Shown in pieces: positions 8,911 to 17,723 of a DNA stretch of 24,000 bases (within the stretch, counting starts at the first letter, position 1; every line of letters begins with the position of its first letter). Under the pieces are notes generated by a model, which saw only the letters and a list, made by a program, of their open reading frames with translations, was not told the origin of the DNA and searched no databases. Both the position numbers and the translations under genes were made by a program. This DNA comes from Clostridium isatidis (lineage in GTDB: Bacteria; Bacillota; Clostridia; Clostridiales; Clostridiaceae), in NCBI RefSeq assembly GCF_002285495.1, contig NZ_CP016786.1:1744420-1768419 (forward strand). The letters are read 5' to 3'.

Positions 8911-9735
8911 CTAAAGAAAAAGAAGCAAACTAAAGGCCATAACCATCATTCCCCCGATCAACCCATAGATTGATAAATGATGTTCTCCATATTCTTTTGC
9001 TGCTGGTAATAATTCATCAAAGGATATAAAAACCATTATTCCTGCTACTAGAGCAAAGATTATTCCAGAAGTTAGATCTGTGAAGAAATTTCTTAGAAAT
9101 AGGTATCCTACTAATGCTCCAATTGGTTCTGACATTCCTGATAAAAAGGAATAAATAAAAGCTTTTTTCTTATCTCCTGTTGCATAATAAATTGGAACTG
9201 ATACTGATATTCCTTCTGGTATGTTATGGATTGCAATTGCCACTGCAATTGGTATTGCTACATTAAAATCTGTTAAAGCTGAAACAAAAGTAGCAAGTCC
9301 CTCTGGGAAGTTATGTATTCCTATTGCAAGAGCTGTTAATACTCCAGTTCTCATTAATTTTTTTGATTCTTTTTCTTTTCTAATCCTCTTACATTCTTCA
9401 GTGCTACAATCATTTAGTACTTCCTTAATCTCATGAGGATTTTCTTCACTAGGTACAAGCTTATCTATTAAGGCAATTAAAAACATTCCTGCAAAAAATG
9501 CTATTACTGTTATATAACTTCCTTTTTTTACTCCTAATGCATTTACTAATGAAGTTTTAGCATCAGCAAATAATTCTACCATAGATACATATATCATAAC
9601 GCCAGCTGATAATCCTAAACTGACGGATAAAAATTTCTTATTTGTAGTTTTAGCTACTAAGGCAATTAAACTTCCTATTCCTGTTGCAAGTCCTGCAAAT
9701 AAAGTTATTAAAAATGCTACAAATAAATTATTCAT
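8911..9735 (-). CDS. zupT: ZIP-family zinc transporter ZupT
   Basis: 274-aa polytopic ORF. It shows ZupT-like features: LATGIGSLIAL, a His-containing cytoplasmic loop, and paired HNFPEGLA / HNIPEGIS metal-binding motifs. SD GAGGAGGG is upstream. Confidence 0.9.
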   Translation of the reverse strand: MNNLFVAFLITLFAGLATGIGSLIALVAKTTNKKFLSVSLGLSAGVMIYVSMVELFADAKTSLVNALGVKKGSYITVIAFFAGMFLIALIDKLVPSEENPHEIKEVLNDCSTEECKRIRKEKESKKLMRTGVLTALAIGIHNFPEGLATFVSALTDFNVAIPIAVAIAIHNIPEGISVSVPIYYATGDKKKAFIYSFLSGMSEPIGALVGYLFLRNFFTDLTSGIIFALVAGIMVFISFDELLPAAKEYGEHHLSIYGLIGGMMVMAFSLLLFL

Positions 9736-9916
9736 GTTTAATCCCTCCTCTTTTCTTTATTTAAACATCTATATCTTCTATCTTTCAATAACTAAAATAT
9801 ATCTAAATACTAATATTTTATTCATTAATAATAATTATTAGTTATTTATATCTTATACTAAATTACATAATTTTTCAATTAAAAACCTGTTTTCCATTTT
9901 ACTAAATTATAACCTT

Positions 9917-10675
9917 TCAATTAGATTTAATTTTCTTATGCTTCTTAGAAAAAAACTTAGAGTTATATAAGATTAAGCTTATATACCATGCGATAAAATA
10001 TATTAAAGAAAGGAATTCCAACTTAATAAAATAATCATATCCTGTACCTAAATCTTCTAATATTGTACCTTTTGCTGCAATATTTGAAGTAAAACTAACA
10101 AAAAAATAATCTGTTTTATAAATTGAATTTATTATTCCCATGCTTAATCCCATGACTTGAAGAATTAAATAGGCTCTTAATAATTCTAATTTGCTTATAA
10201 ACCACTTATTAATTATAGATAAGTATATCGGTACTATTATTATAGATAGATGAGCCACCATAAAATAATAATATTTTAAATATCTAGAGGACATTGATTT
10301 ATCCATTGATAATATACTTGATATACCACCTAATACTCCAGCAAATAATAAGAAATTAAATATCTTTTTATTTGGTTTTATTAAAATAGCTGCACATAAA
10401 ACATTACAAATATAACATAAATGTAATGGTAATTTATTGATGGTTAATCCTTTTATTATCCAATTTCCTAAATAAAAAAGAGAAGTAACTATTATTATAA
10501 TCCCTGCAAAAAAATATCTTAATCTTCTTTCAAACTTGTTATTTAATCTTATTTTCTTTCTAAAGATAAAAAGTAAAAATAAAATAACTATTAATAATAT
10601 TATTGGAAGAAATCTTTCATAATCATTCATTATGTAATTTGGGTTTTCTCTCTCATAAATAATAAATTCTTTCAT
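9917..10675 (-). CDS. Integral membrane protein, TIGR02206 (YwaF-like) family
   Basis: Multi-TM ORF carrying the family-typical LPLHLC motif (INKLPLHLCYICNVL) and overall architecture. I place the start at ATG 10675 (MKEFIIYEREN...) behind SD AAAGGAGAG. The track's 29-codon extension overlaps a terminator hairpin. Confidence 0.7.
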   Translation of the reverse strand: MKEFIIYERENPNYIMNDYERFLPIILLIVILFLLFIFRKKIRLNNKFERRLRYFFAGIIIIVTSLFYLGNWIIKGLTINKLPLHLCYICNVLCAAILIKPNKKIFNFLLFAGVLGGISSILSMDKSMSSRYLKYYYFMVAHLSIIIVPIYLSIINKWFISKLELLRAYLILQVMGLSMGIINSIYKTDYFFVSFTSNIAAKGTILEDLGTGYDYFIKLEFLSLIYFIAWYISLILYNSKFFSKKHKKIKSN

Positions 10676-10752
10676 AGGCTCTCCTTTAATATATTTCAAC
10701 CTTCTTTTAGTCTTTAGTACTATAACAAATTTATGCATAGAGAAAACTGAAA

Positions 10753-10781
10753 ATGCCAGCATAATGATTTTATACTGGCAT
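10753..10781 (-). terminator. Candidate terminator after the acidic/GxxxG-repeat gene
   Basis: The minus strand reads ATGCCAGTAT-loop-ATGCTGGCAT (about 10 bp including one G-U), followed by UUUUCAGUUUUC. Confidence 0.45.
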
Positions 10782-10817
10782 ATATTATAAATTTATTATT
10801 TATAATAATTAAATTGC

Positions 10818-11603
10818 TTATCTTTTTTTCTTATCGTCCTTTTTTTTATCGTCCTTTTTCTTTGGTATTTCACATCTGCCAGCATTTCTTAGGCACTTAA
10901 TTATTTCTCTATAAGCTTTCTTATAACCAAGTACGAAGCCTTCTTTAAGTCCTTTTTCATGTCCTTCTGCGAAGCCTTTTTGTTTTCCTTCTGCAAAGCC
11001 CTTGTCACGGCCAACGCATAATCCGTTTGAGTAACCTCTCTTGTATCCAACATCATATCCTTTTTCATAACCTGCTTGGAAGCCAATCTTGTAGCCTTTT
11101 TCATAAGCTGCTTCTGCTAACTTTTCAGCTTTGCTTAGGCCCTTCTTATATCCTTTTTGGAAGCCTTCTTTCACTCCCTTTTCAAAGCCTAGTTTCTTGC
11201 CCTTTTCTAAACCTTTTTCAAAGCCTTTAGTATAACCAATCTTTATACCTTTTTTAAGGCCCTTTTCAAACCATTTTTTGCAATCAACTATTTTATTTTG
11301 TTTTTTATCTTCTTCTTTTTCTTTGCGATCTTTATTAAATTTCTTTTCATAATCTCTTTCAAAGTCTTTTTCAAAATCTTCTTCGTAGTCATCATTTTCG
11401 TCGTCTTCATAGTCATATTCATAGTACTCTTCGTACTTGTCTTCTTGGTCATCTTCATAGTCGTCAAAATAATATGAAGTATATTCTACTTCATCTTCTT
11501 CATAATCATCATCTTCATAAACTTCTTCATAATCTTCATATTCTTCATAGTCGTTAAATTCAAATTCATAATCGTCATTAGTAAAACCATATTTTGTTTC
11601 CAT
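10818..11603 (-). CDS. Hypothetical protein: Asp/Glu/Tyr-rich N-terminus, GxxxG-repeat helical region, Lys-rich tail
   Basis: 261-aa ORF with SD AAGGAGAG about 8 nt upstream of the ATG. Strongly biased composition. See findings. No confident family assignment. Confidence 0.7.
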   Translation of the reverse strand: METKYGFTNDDYEFEFNDYEEYEDYEEVYEDDDYEEDEVEYTSYYFDDYEDDQEDKYEEYYEYDYEDDENDDYEEDFEKDFERDYEKKFNKDRKEKEEDKKQNKIVDCKKWFEKGLKKGIKIGYTKGFEKGLEKGKKLGFEKGVKEGFQKGYKKGLSKAEKLAEAAYEKGYKIGFQAGYEKGYDVGYKRGYSNGLCVGRDKGFAEGKQKGFAEGHEKGLKEGFVLGYKKAYREIIKCLRNAGRCEIPKKKDDKKKDDKKKR

Positions 11604-11699
11604 CTTTTTTCTCTCCTTGTTATTATTTTTTATAATACATAGATATGAAGCTAATAATTTATTTGTTAATGATTTTTAAGAAAATTTGACTGTGTAAGC

Positions 11700-11930
11700 T
11701 TATTCATACAATAATGAAACTACCTCTCTTACTAGTTTTTTTACCTTTGATGGTAACTTAGATAATGCCTTCTCCCTTTTCTCTTCATCCTCAATTTGAG
11801 CTATCCTCATAACCTCTTGTTGAACTCCTGGTATGGAATTGAATTCAGAGGCTATTCTATTGAATTTAGCTGCAAAGTTAGGATCCTGCATCTTAGCCTG
11901 TAATTTCATTAATAATTCAATACCATTCAT
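11700..11930 (-). CDS. Hypothetical small protein (76 aa), predicted helical and soluble
   Basis: ORF with a good SD (TTAGGAGT, 8-nt spacer) and ATG. No motif I recognise. No obvious terminator between it and the downstream 261-aa gene. Confidence 0.6.
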   Translation of the reverse strand: MNGIELLMKLQAKMQDPNFAAKFNRIASEFNSIPGVQQEVMRIAQIEDEEKREKALSKLPSKVKKLVREVVSLLYE

Positions 11931-12028
11931 ATTTTTACTCCTAATCTTACTTTAATTTTATATTATTCATAATTATTTTCTTTGTTACATAATTCTTTAT
12001 CAAAGTTTATACATGACTAAGCAAAAAT

Positions 12029-12058
12029 AAAAAGAGCTGTCCTAAGACAGCTCTTTTT
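12029..12058 (-). terminator. Rho-independent terminator after the CNNM-family gene
   Basis: 13-bp stem AAAAAGAGCTGTC / GACAGCTCTTTTT with a 4-nt loop, overlapping the stop codon. On the minus strand it is followed by UUAUUUUUGC. Confidence 0.75.
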
Positions 12059-13361
12059 ATTTGCTTTCTGAATTTAATATTAATTGAATTTTATCAATTC
12101 TTTTATCATCTAATTTTAATAGCTTTAATTTAATATTACCAGATACTACTTCACAATTCTTTGTGTCTGTAGGAATTTCACCTAGTTTTTCTATAAAGAA
12201 ACCTGCGATAGTATCTGCATCTTCTGATTCTAATTCAATATCAAGATAATCATTTAAATCTGATAAACTCATCAACCCACTGACAATATAATTTTGATCG
12301 TCTATTTTTTCAATATCTAAAGAATCATCATACTCATCTAGGATTTCTCCCATAACTTCTTCAATGATGTCTTCCATAGTTACTATGCCAGAAAAGCCAC
12401 CATACTCATCTATTAATATAGCAATATAGGCTTTCTTTTCTTTTAATTTTTTAAATAACTCATCTATACTTTGAGTTTCTATAAAGAAACATGGTTCTTT
12501 TATTAAATCTCTTATTTTTACATTATCAATACCTTTTTCTATTATACTAGCAAAAAGATCCTTTATGTGTAAAATACCTATTATATTATCAATTTCATCC
12601 TCATAAATAGGGATTCTAGAAAAATTCTCTTCTAATATTGTATTGATACAATCTTTTAGATTTTCATTAACATCTAATAAAAAAGTTTCTGTTCTAGGAG
12701 TCATAATCATTTTTGCTGTTGTATCATCAAATTCTATGATACCATCAATCATATCTCTTTCAGATTCATTTATCGCACCATTTTCTTCTCCTATTTCTAT
12801 AAGGCTTCTAATTTCTTCCCTTGATATTTGCTCTTCTACTCCCTCATTCTTAAATCCAAAAATCTTCATTATTAGATTAGTTGAAAAGGATAAAAACCAT
12901 ACAAAGGGTTTTGTAACCTTAGACACAAATAGAATTATTTTTATTGCAAACATTGCTACCTTTTCAGTATTTTGCAATGCTATTCTTTTTGGTACTAACT
13001 CTCCTAAAACTAGTGTTAAATAGGAAATTATTAAAGTTGTTACTACTAATGCAATATCATCACTATATGGCACATTAAAATTATTAAGAAGTTCTGCAAA
13101 GCCTACTGAAATTGATGTTGCTGCCGATGCTGAAGCAAAGAATCCAGCAAAGGTTATACCTACTTGTATTGTTGATAAAAGTTTATTTGGCTCCTTTAGA
13201 ATATCTCTTAATAATATTGCTTTTTTATTTCCTTCTTCCGCTAAAATGTTTATTTTAGTTTTATTTAAAGATACTATTGCCATTTCTGCAGATGCAAAAA
13301 ATGCATTAACCAATATCAATATAAAAATTAAAATAAAACTACTCTCGGGACTACCTTCCAT
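12057..13361 (-). CDS. CNNM/HlyC/CorC-family transporter (DUF21 TM domain + CBS pair + CorC_HlyC domain)
   Basis: The N-terminus FILIFILILVNAFFASAEMAIVSLNK is the typical DUF21 start. A central CBS pair follows (MTPRTETFLLDVNE..., IPIYEDEIDNIIGILHIKDL, YIAILIDEYGGFSGIVTMEDIIEE). The C-terminal transporter-associated domain is present. Confidence 0.9.
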   Translation of the reverse strand: MEGSPESSFILIFILILVNAFFASAEMAIVSLNKTKINILAEEGNKKAILLRDILKEPNKLLSTIQVGITFAGFFASASAATSISVGFAELLNNFNVPYSDDIALVVTTLIISYLTLVLGELVPKRIALQNTEKVAMFAIKIILFVSKVTKPFVWFLSFSTNLIMKIFGFKNEGVEEQISREEIRSLIEIGEENGAINESERDMIDGIIEFDDTTAKMIMTPRTETFLLDVNENLKDCINTILEENFSRIPIYEDEIDNIIGILHIKDLFASIIEKGIDNVKIRDLIKEPCFFIETQSIDELFKKLKEKKAYIAILIDEYGGFSGIVTMEDIIEEVMGEILDEYDDSLDIEKIDDQNYIVSGLMSLSDLNDYLDIELESEDADTIAGFFIEKLGEIPTDTKNCEVVSGNIKLKLLKLDDKRIDKIQLILNSESK

Positions 13362-13517
13362 TAACTCATTCTCCTTTTAAATTTATTGCTTATAATTTTA
13401 TAGTAATTATTATTCTATCATATTTATTTAAATTTTCAATCAAATTTGTCTTTGTTAATAATTATTTAAAAATCCAAAATTTGAAATTTGCTCCATTTTT
13501 AATAATTCATCAAAATA

Positions 13518-13543
13518 AAAAAAGTGCTTTCGCACTTTTTTTA
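13518..13543 (-). terminator. Rho-independent terminator closing the suf operon
   Basis: Stem AAAAAAGTGC / GCACTTTTTT with loop TTTC, abutting the sufU stop. A U-run follows on the minus strand. Coordinates +/-1-2 nt. Confidence 0.7.
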
Positions 13544-13969
13544 TTGCTTCTTAAAGGCTTCTTGAATTGTATGCCATGCAAGCACTGCGCACTTAACTCT
13601 AGCAGGCATGTTTGAAATATTTTGAAGCACCATTGCATCTTCTAATTTTTCTAATTCTTCTTCATCTTTAATTTCTCTTTTTATCATTCCAATGAAAGTT
13701 TCAACTAAGTTTAATGCTTCTTCCTTACTCTTTCCTTTAAGCAAATCTATCATCATTGAAGTTGAAGCTTGAGAAATTGCACATCCTTGACCTGAAAAAG
13801 CAAGATCTTCTATTATATCTCCATTCAATTTAAGTTCAAGAGTTATTTCATCTCCACAGCTTGGATTATGACCTCTTTCACATATATCTGGATTATCAAG
13901 TTTTCTTCTATTATGCTTTGAAGCACTTTGCTCCATTATAAGTTGGGTATATATGTCTTGTAAATCCAT
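13541..13969 (-). CDS. sufU: SUF-system Fe-S cluster scaffold/sulfur acceptor, NifU/IscU-like (SufU)
   Basis: 142 aa with the SufU-type Cys ligand contexts NPSCGDEI, GQGCAISQAS and ARVKCAVLAW. Lies immediately downstream of sufS. Confidence 0.9.
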   Translation of the reverse strand: MDLQDIYTQLIMEQSASKHNRRKLDNPDICERGHNPSCGDEITLELKLNGDIIEDLAFSGQGCAISQASTSMMIDLLKGKSKEEALNLVETFIGMIKREIKDEEELEKLEDAMVLQNISNMPARVKCAVLAWHTIQEAFKKQ

Positions 13970-13973
13970 TGTA

Positions 13974-15203
13974 TTACCTCCATTTTGCGAACATATCGTA
14001 AGTTTTCTTAATCGCTTCTATTAACTTATCTATATCTTCCTTAGTATTGTATAAATAAATACTTGCTCTACAAGTAGCATTAATTCCCATATATCTCATT
14101 AAAGGCTGAGCACAATGATTTCCTGCTCTAATGCAAACTCCTAGGGAATCGAAAATTGATGCGCAATCATGTGGATGAACTCCATCAATTGCAAAGGATA
14201 TTACTCCTCCTCTTTTTTCTACTTCCTTTGGACCATATATGGTTACATAAGGTAGTTCTCTAATTTTTTCCATAGCATAGCTCATTAATTCATGTTCTAT
14301 TTCTTCTATTTTATCCATGCCTACTTCATTTAAATAATCTATAGCCTTAGCCAAACCTACTGCACCTTCAACATTTTGTGTTCCAGCCTCAAACTTATAT
14401 GGTAATTCATCAAATGTAGCTTCTTGTTCATATACATACTCTACCATATCTCCACCAAAGGTTACAGGAGGCATTTTTTCTAGTAATTCTTTCTTACCAT
14501 AAAGTACTCCTATTCCCATAGGTCCTAAAAGCTTATGAGCAGAGAAAACTAAGAAGTCTGCATCTAAATCTTGTACATCTACTTTCATATGAGGTACACT
14601 TTGAGCTCCATCTACAACAACTACTGCTCCCTTTGAATGAGCATATTTAGCTATTTCCTTAACTGGATTTATTGTACCTAATGCATTTGATACTTGAGTT
14701 ATTGCTACTAGCTTTGTTTTATCTGTTATTTTAGTCATAATTTCTTCTTCTGTAAGCTCACCATTTTCATTAGTGTACATATATTTTAATAATGCACCCT
14801 TAGCTTTTGCTACTTGCTGCCATGGTATAAGATTAGAGTGATGTTCTGCAATGGAAATTACAATTTCGTCCCCTTCATTAATAAAATTTAAGCCATAGGA
14901 TCTTGCTAAAAGATTAAAGGAGTCTGTTGCATTTCTTGTAAATATTATTTCTTCTTTATATTTTGCATTAATAAAAGCTCTAACCTTTTCTCTTGCTTCA
15001 TCATAAGCTTCTGTTGCTGCAACACTTAATGCATAAGCTCCTCTATGAGGATTGGCATTTGAATTTTGATAGTACTCTACCATAGCCTCTATAACTGATT
15101 GTGGTTTTTGTGTTGTTGCAGCACTATCTAAATATACTATTCTCTTACCATTTACTTCTTTTGTTAAGGTTGGAAAATCTTTTACTATATCTCTATTATT
15201 CAT
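13974..15203 (-). CDS. sufS: Cysteine desulfurase SufS (class II aminotransferase V)
   Basis: 409 aa. It has a PLP-Lys context (FLVFSAHKLLGPMGIGVLYG) and the active-site Cys loop (RAGNHCAQPLM). VYLDSAATTQKP is at the N-terminus. Confidence 0.95.
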   Translation of the reverse strand: MNNRDIVKDFPTLTKEVNGKRIVYLDSAATTQKPQSVIEAMVEYYQNSNANPHRGAYALSVAATEAYDEAREKVRAFINAKYKEEIIFTRNATDSFNLLARSYGLNFINEGDEIVISIAEHHSNLIPWQQVAKAKGALLKYMYTNENGELTEEEIMTKITDKTKLVAITQVSNALGTINPVKEIAKYAHSKGAVVVVDGAQSVPHMKVDVQDLDADFLVFSAHKLLGPMGIGVLYGKKELLEKMPPVTFGGDMVEYVYEQEATFDELPYKFEAGTQNVEGAVGLAKAIDYLNEVGMDKIEEIEHELMSYAMEKIRELPYVTIYGPKEVEKRGGVISFAIDGVHPHDCASIFDSLGVCIRAGNHCAQPLMRYMGINATCRASIYLYNTKEDIDKLIEAIKKTYDMFAKWR

Positions 15204-16299
15204 TATCCAAACATTCCTTTATAGCCTTAAATATTTCTTCTCTAGAATTTTGATCATCTATCTTATCTATTATAGGATTAAATGCACCTTCAATTATTAC
15301 CCTTCTAGCTTCGTTATAATCTAACCCTCTAGTCATTAAGTAAAATAGTTTGCTTTCATCAATTTTACCTGAAGCTGCAGCGTGTTCTCCTGAAACATCA
15401 TCTTCTTCACATAATAGTAAAGGTAATGCTTTTGATCTAACCTTTGGAGATAAAATCATGCAATATTCATCTTCAGCTCCAGTACTTCTTGATGCTCCTC
15501 TTTTAAAATCTATTGTTCCTCTGAATATTTTTTGCGCTTCATCTTTTAATGCTCCCTTAGTAGAAATATTTGAACTGCTTCTTCTACCTCTGTGTGTCAT
15601 AACATAATTAATATCTATAACTTTATCTTTAGCACCTAAATAGATTGAATTTAAAGTTGAAGCTGAGCTTTCTTCTTTTAAATCTCCATGATAGTTAGTT
15701 ATACTATATTTTCCACCTAGCTCTGCTGCTATAAAATCAACGCTGCCATTGTAGCTTACATCTGATACATTTGAATCTAAGTGCATTGTATTATTGTTTA
15801 ATAAGTTTATCTTTGTTAATTTTAACTTGCTGTCATCTTTACTAAATACTTTTAAAATACCATTGTGATATCCTTCAGAAGCGTCCAAAGAATTGTATTT
15901 TATAATAATATTTGCTTCAGATTGTTCTTCACAAACTATTATTATATTATCTACTAAGGTATTATTGTTTTTATCCATATTGAACTCTATTATAATAGGT
16001 TCTTCTATTTTTGCTTTTCTTGCTATATTTATAATATAACCTTGGTTAAAGTCCTTTTCACCTTGATTAATTAATTCTTCTGATACACCGTAAGTAAAGT
16101 TTTTATTAAAAGGAAGTACTTTGTCCCTATCTATCTTTTCAATTATTACTCCATTATTTTCATTAGCAGTTATTTTTACATTTTCAAAAGTACCTATAGC
16201 TGGAGCCTTATACTCTAATGTTACATCATTAACCTTTAGCCAACTTTTTGTTCTTACAGGAGTCTTATTTAAATTACTAAAATTAATTTCATTAACCAT
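15196..16299 (-). CDS. sufD: Fe-S cluster assembly protein SufD
   Basis: 367-aa SufB/D-family beta-helix protein lacking the SufB Cys motifs. Its C-terminal block (SGEHAAASGKIDESKLFYLMTRGLDYNEARRVII) is a SufBD signature. It overlaps sufS by 8 nt and sufB by 1 nt, suggesting translational coupling. Confidence 0.85.
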   Translation of the reverse strand: MVNEINFSNLNKTPVRTKSWLKVNDVTLEYKAPAIGTFENVKITANENNGVIIEKIDRDKVLPFNKNFTYGVSEELINQGEKDFNQGYIINIARKAKIEEPIIIEFNMDKNNNTLVDNIIIVCEEQSEANIIIKYNSLDASEGYHNGILKVFSKDDSKLKLTKINLLNNNTMHLDSNVSDVSYNGSVDFIAAELGGKYSITNYHGDLKEESSASTLNSIYLGAKDKVIDINYVMTHRGRRSSSNISTKGALKDEAQKIFRGTIDFKRGASRSTGAEDEYCMILSPKVRSKALPLLLCEEDDVSGEHAAASGKIDESKLFYLMTRGLDYNEARRVIIEGAFNPIIDKIDDQNSREEIFKAIKECLDNE

Positions 16300-17708
16300 T
16301 ATCCTATGCTCCCTTCTAGTTCAAGCTTAATTAAATTGTTCATTTCAACTGCATATTCAAGAGGTAATTCCTTTGATATTGGTTCAACGAAACCTCTAAC
16401 TATCATTGATTTTGCTTCATCTTCGCTTATACCTCTGCTCATTAGGTAGAATATAGCTTCATCGCTTATCTTACCTATTTTTGCTTCATGTCCGATTTCT
16501 ACATCATCTACTGCTAAATCAATTACTGGAATTGTATCTGATTTTGAAAGATTGTCTAGCATTAGAGATTCACAGGATACAGTTGATTTTGAATTATGAG
16601 CATTTGCATTAACTTTAACAACTCCCCTGTAAGTTGCAGTTCCGCCGTTTTTTGATATTGATTTTGAGTTAATTGTTGAACTTGTATTTGGAGCAGCATG
16701 AACAACCTTTGCTCCAGTGTCTAGGTTTTGACCTTTACCAGCAAAGGATACTCCAGTAAATTCTGCAGTTGCTCCTTCTCCCTTTAAAACACTCATTGGG
16801 TATAGCATAGAAATATGTGATCCAAAGGATCCTGATACCCATTCTATTCTTCCGTTCTTTTCAACAATTGCTCTCTTTGTATTAAGGTTTAACATATTTT
16901 TAGACCAGTTTTCTATTGTACTGTATCTTAAAGTTGCTCCTTCTTTAACAAATAACTCAACACAACCTGCATGAAGGTTTGTTACATTGTATTTAGGTGC
17001 TGAACATCCTTCTATGAAGTGAAGCTTAGCTCCTTCTTCTACAATAATTAATGTATGTTCAAATTGACCTGCTCCAGGTGAATTTAATCTAAAGTATGAT
17101 TGTAGCGGAATATCTACATTTACTCCCTTTGGTACATATACAAAGGATCCACCTGACCATACAGCCCCATGTAAGGCTGCAAATTTATGCTCTCTTGGAG
17201 ATACGCATTTCATAAAGTATTCCTTAACAATATCTCCATATTCTCTTATAGCTGTCTCCATATCAGTGTAAACAACACCCTGTTTTACTAAATCTTCTTT
17301 TATACTATGGTAAACAACTTCTGAATCGTACTGAGCTCCAACACCTGCTAGGGATGTCTTTTCTGCTTCTGGTATTCCTAGAAGATCAAAAGTCTTTTTA
17401 ATATCTTCAGGAACTTCATCCCAGCTTTCAGCCATTTTAGATTTTGGTCTAACATATGTAACGATATTATCCATATCTAATTCATCTAAAGATGGTCCCC
17501 AAGTTGGTAAACTAATTTCATTATATATATCTAAAGATTTTAATCTAAATTCAGTCATCCATTCTGGTTCATTTTTTTCTTTTGAAATAGTTGTAACTAT
17601 TTCTTTTGTAAGACCTTTATCAGTTTTAAATTCAAATCTATCTTCATTCTTAACGTCATAGATTCCTCTATCCATTTCATCTATGACAGTTTTCTTTCTA
17701 TTTTCCAC
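16299..17708 (-). CDS. sufB: Fe-S cluster assembly scaffold SufB
   Basis: 469 aa with conserved SufB blocks (FIEGCSAP, EIGHEAKIGKISDEAIFYLMSRGISEDEAKSMIVRGF). Confidence 0.95.
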   Translation of the reverse strand: MENRKKTVIDEMDRGIYDVKNEDRFEFKTDKGLTKEIVTTISKEKNEPEWMTEFRLKSLDIYNEISLPTWGPSLDELDMDNIVTYVRPKSKMAESWDEVPEDIKKTFDLLGIPEAEKTSLAGVGAQYDSEVVYHSIKEDLVKQGVVYTDMETAIREYGDIVKEYFMKCVSPREHKFAALHGAVWSGGSFVYVPKGVNVDIPLQSYFRLNSPGAGQFEHTLIIVEEGAKLHFIEGCSAPKYNVTNLHAGCVELFVKEGATLRYSTIENWSKNMLNLNTKRAIVEKNGRIEWVSGSFGSHISMLYPMSVLKGEGATAEFTGVSFAGKGQNLDTGAKVVHAAPNTSSTINSKSISKNGGTATYRGVVKVNANAHNSKSTVSCESLMLDNLSKSDTIPVIDLAVDDVEIGHEAKIGKISDEAIFYLMSRGISEDEAKSMIVRGFVEPISKELPLEYAVEMNNLIKLELEGSIG

Positions 17709-17723
17709 AGGCTCACCTCCAAA

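Noticed and set aside
9829-9840. 12-bp perfect palindrome TAATAATTATTA upstream of zupT as a Zur box
   Set aside because: It lacks the CGTAAT/ATTACG core of Firmicute Zur operators as I recall them. Perfect AT-only palindromes of this size are expected by chance in such AT-rich intergenic DNA. A profile search with a Clostridial Zur matrix would settle it.
11604-11699. CATATCTA upstream of the acidic/GxxxG gene as a mother-cell (SigE/SigK-type) sporulation promoter
   Set aside because: It only loosely resembles CATAnnnTA and I could not place a matching -35 element. The evidence is too weak to annotate. Sporulation-stage RNA-seq would be worth checking.
13541-13625. Apparent 1-nt frame discrepancy in sufU when counting by hand (T-run at the stop/terminator and an A/T run near 13620), which could suggest a frameshift or pseudogene
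   Set aside because: The computed ORF track gives an uninterrupted 142-aa SufU with all conserved Cys motifs. I attribute the discrepancy to my own miscount of homopolymer runs and defer to the track coordinates.
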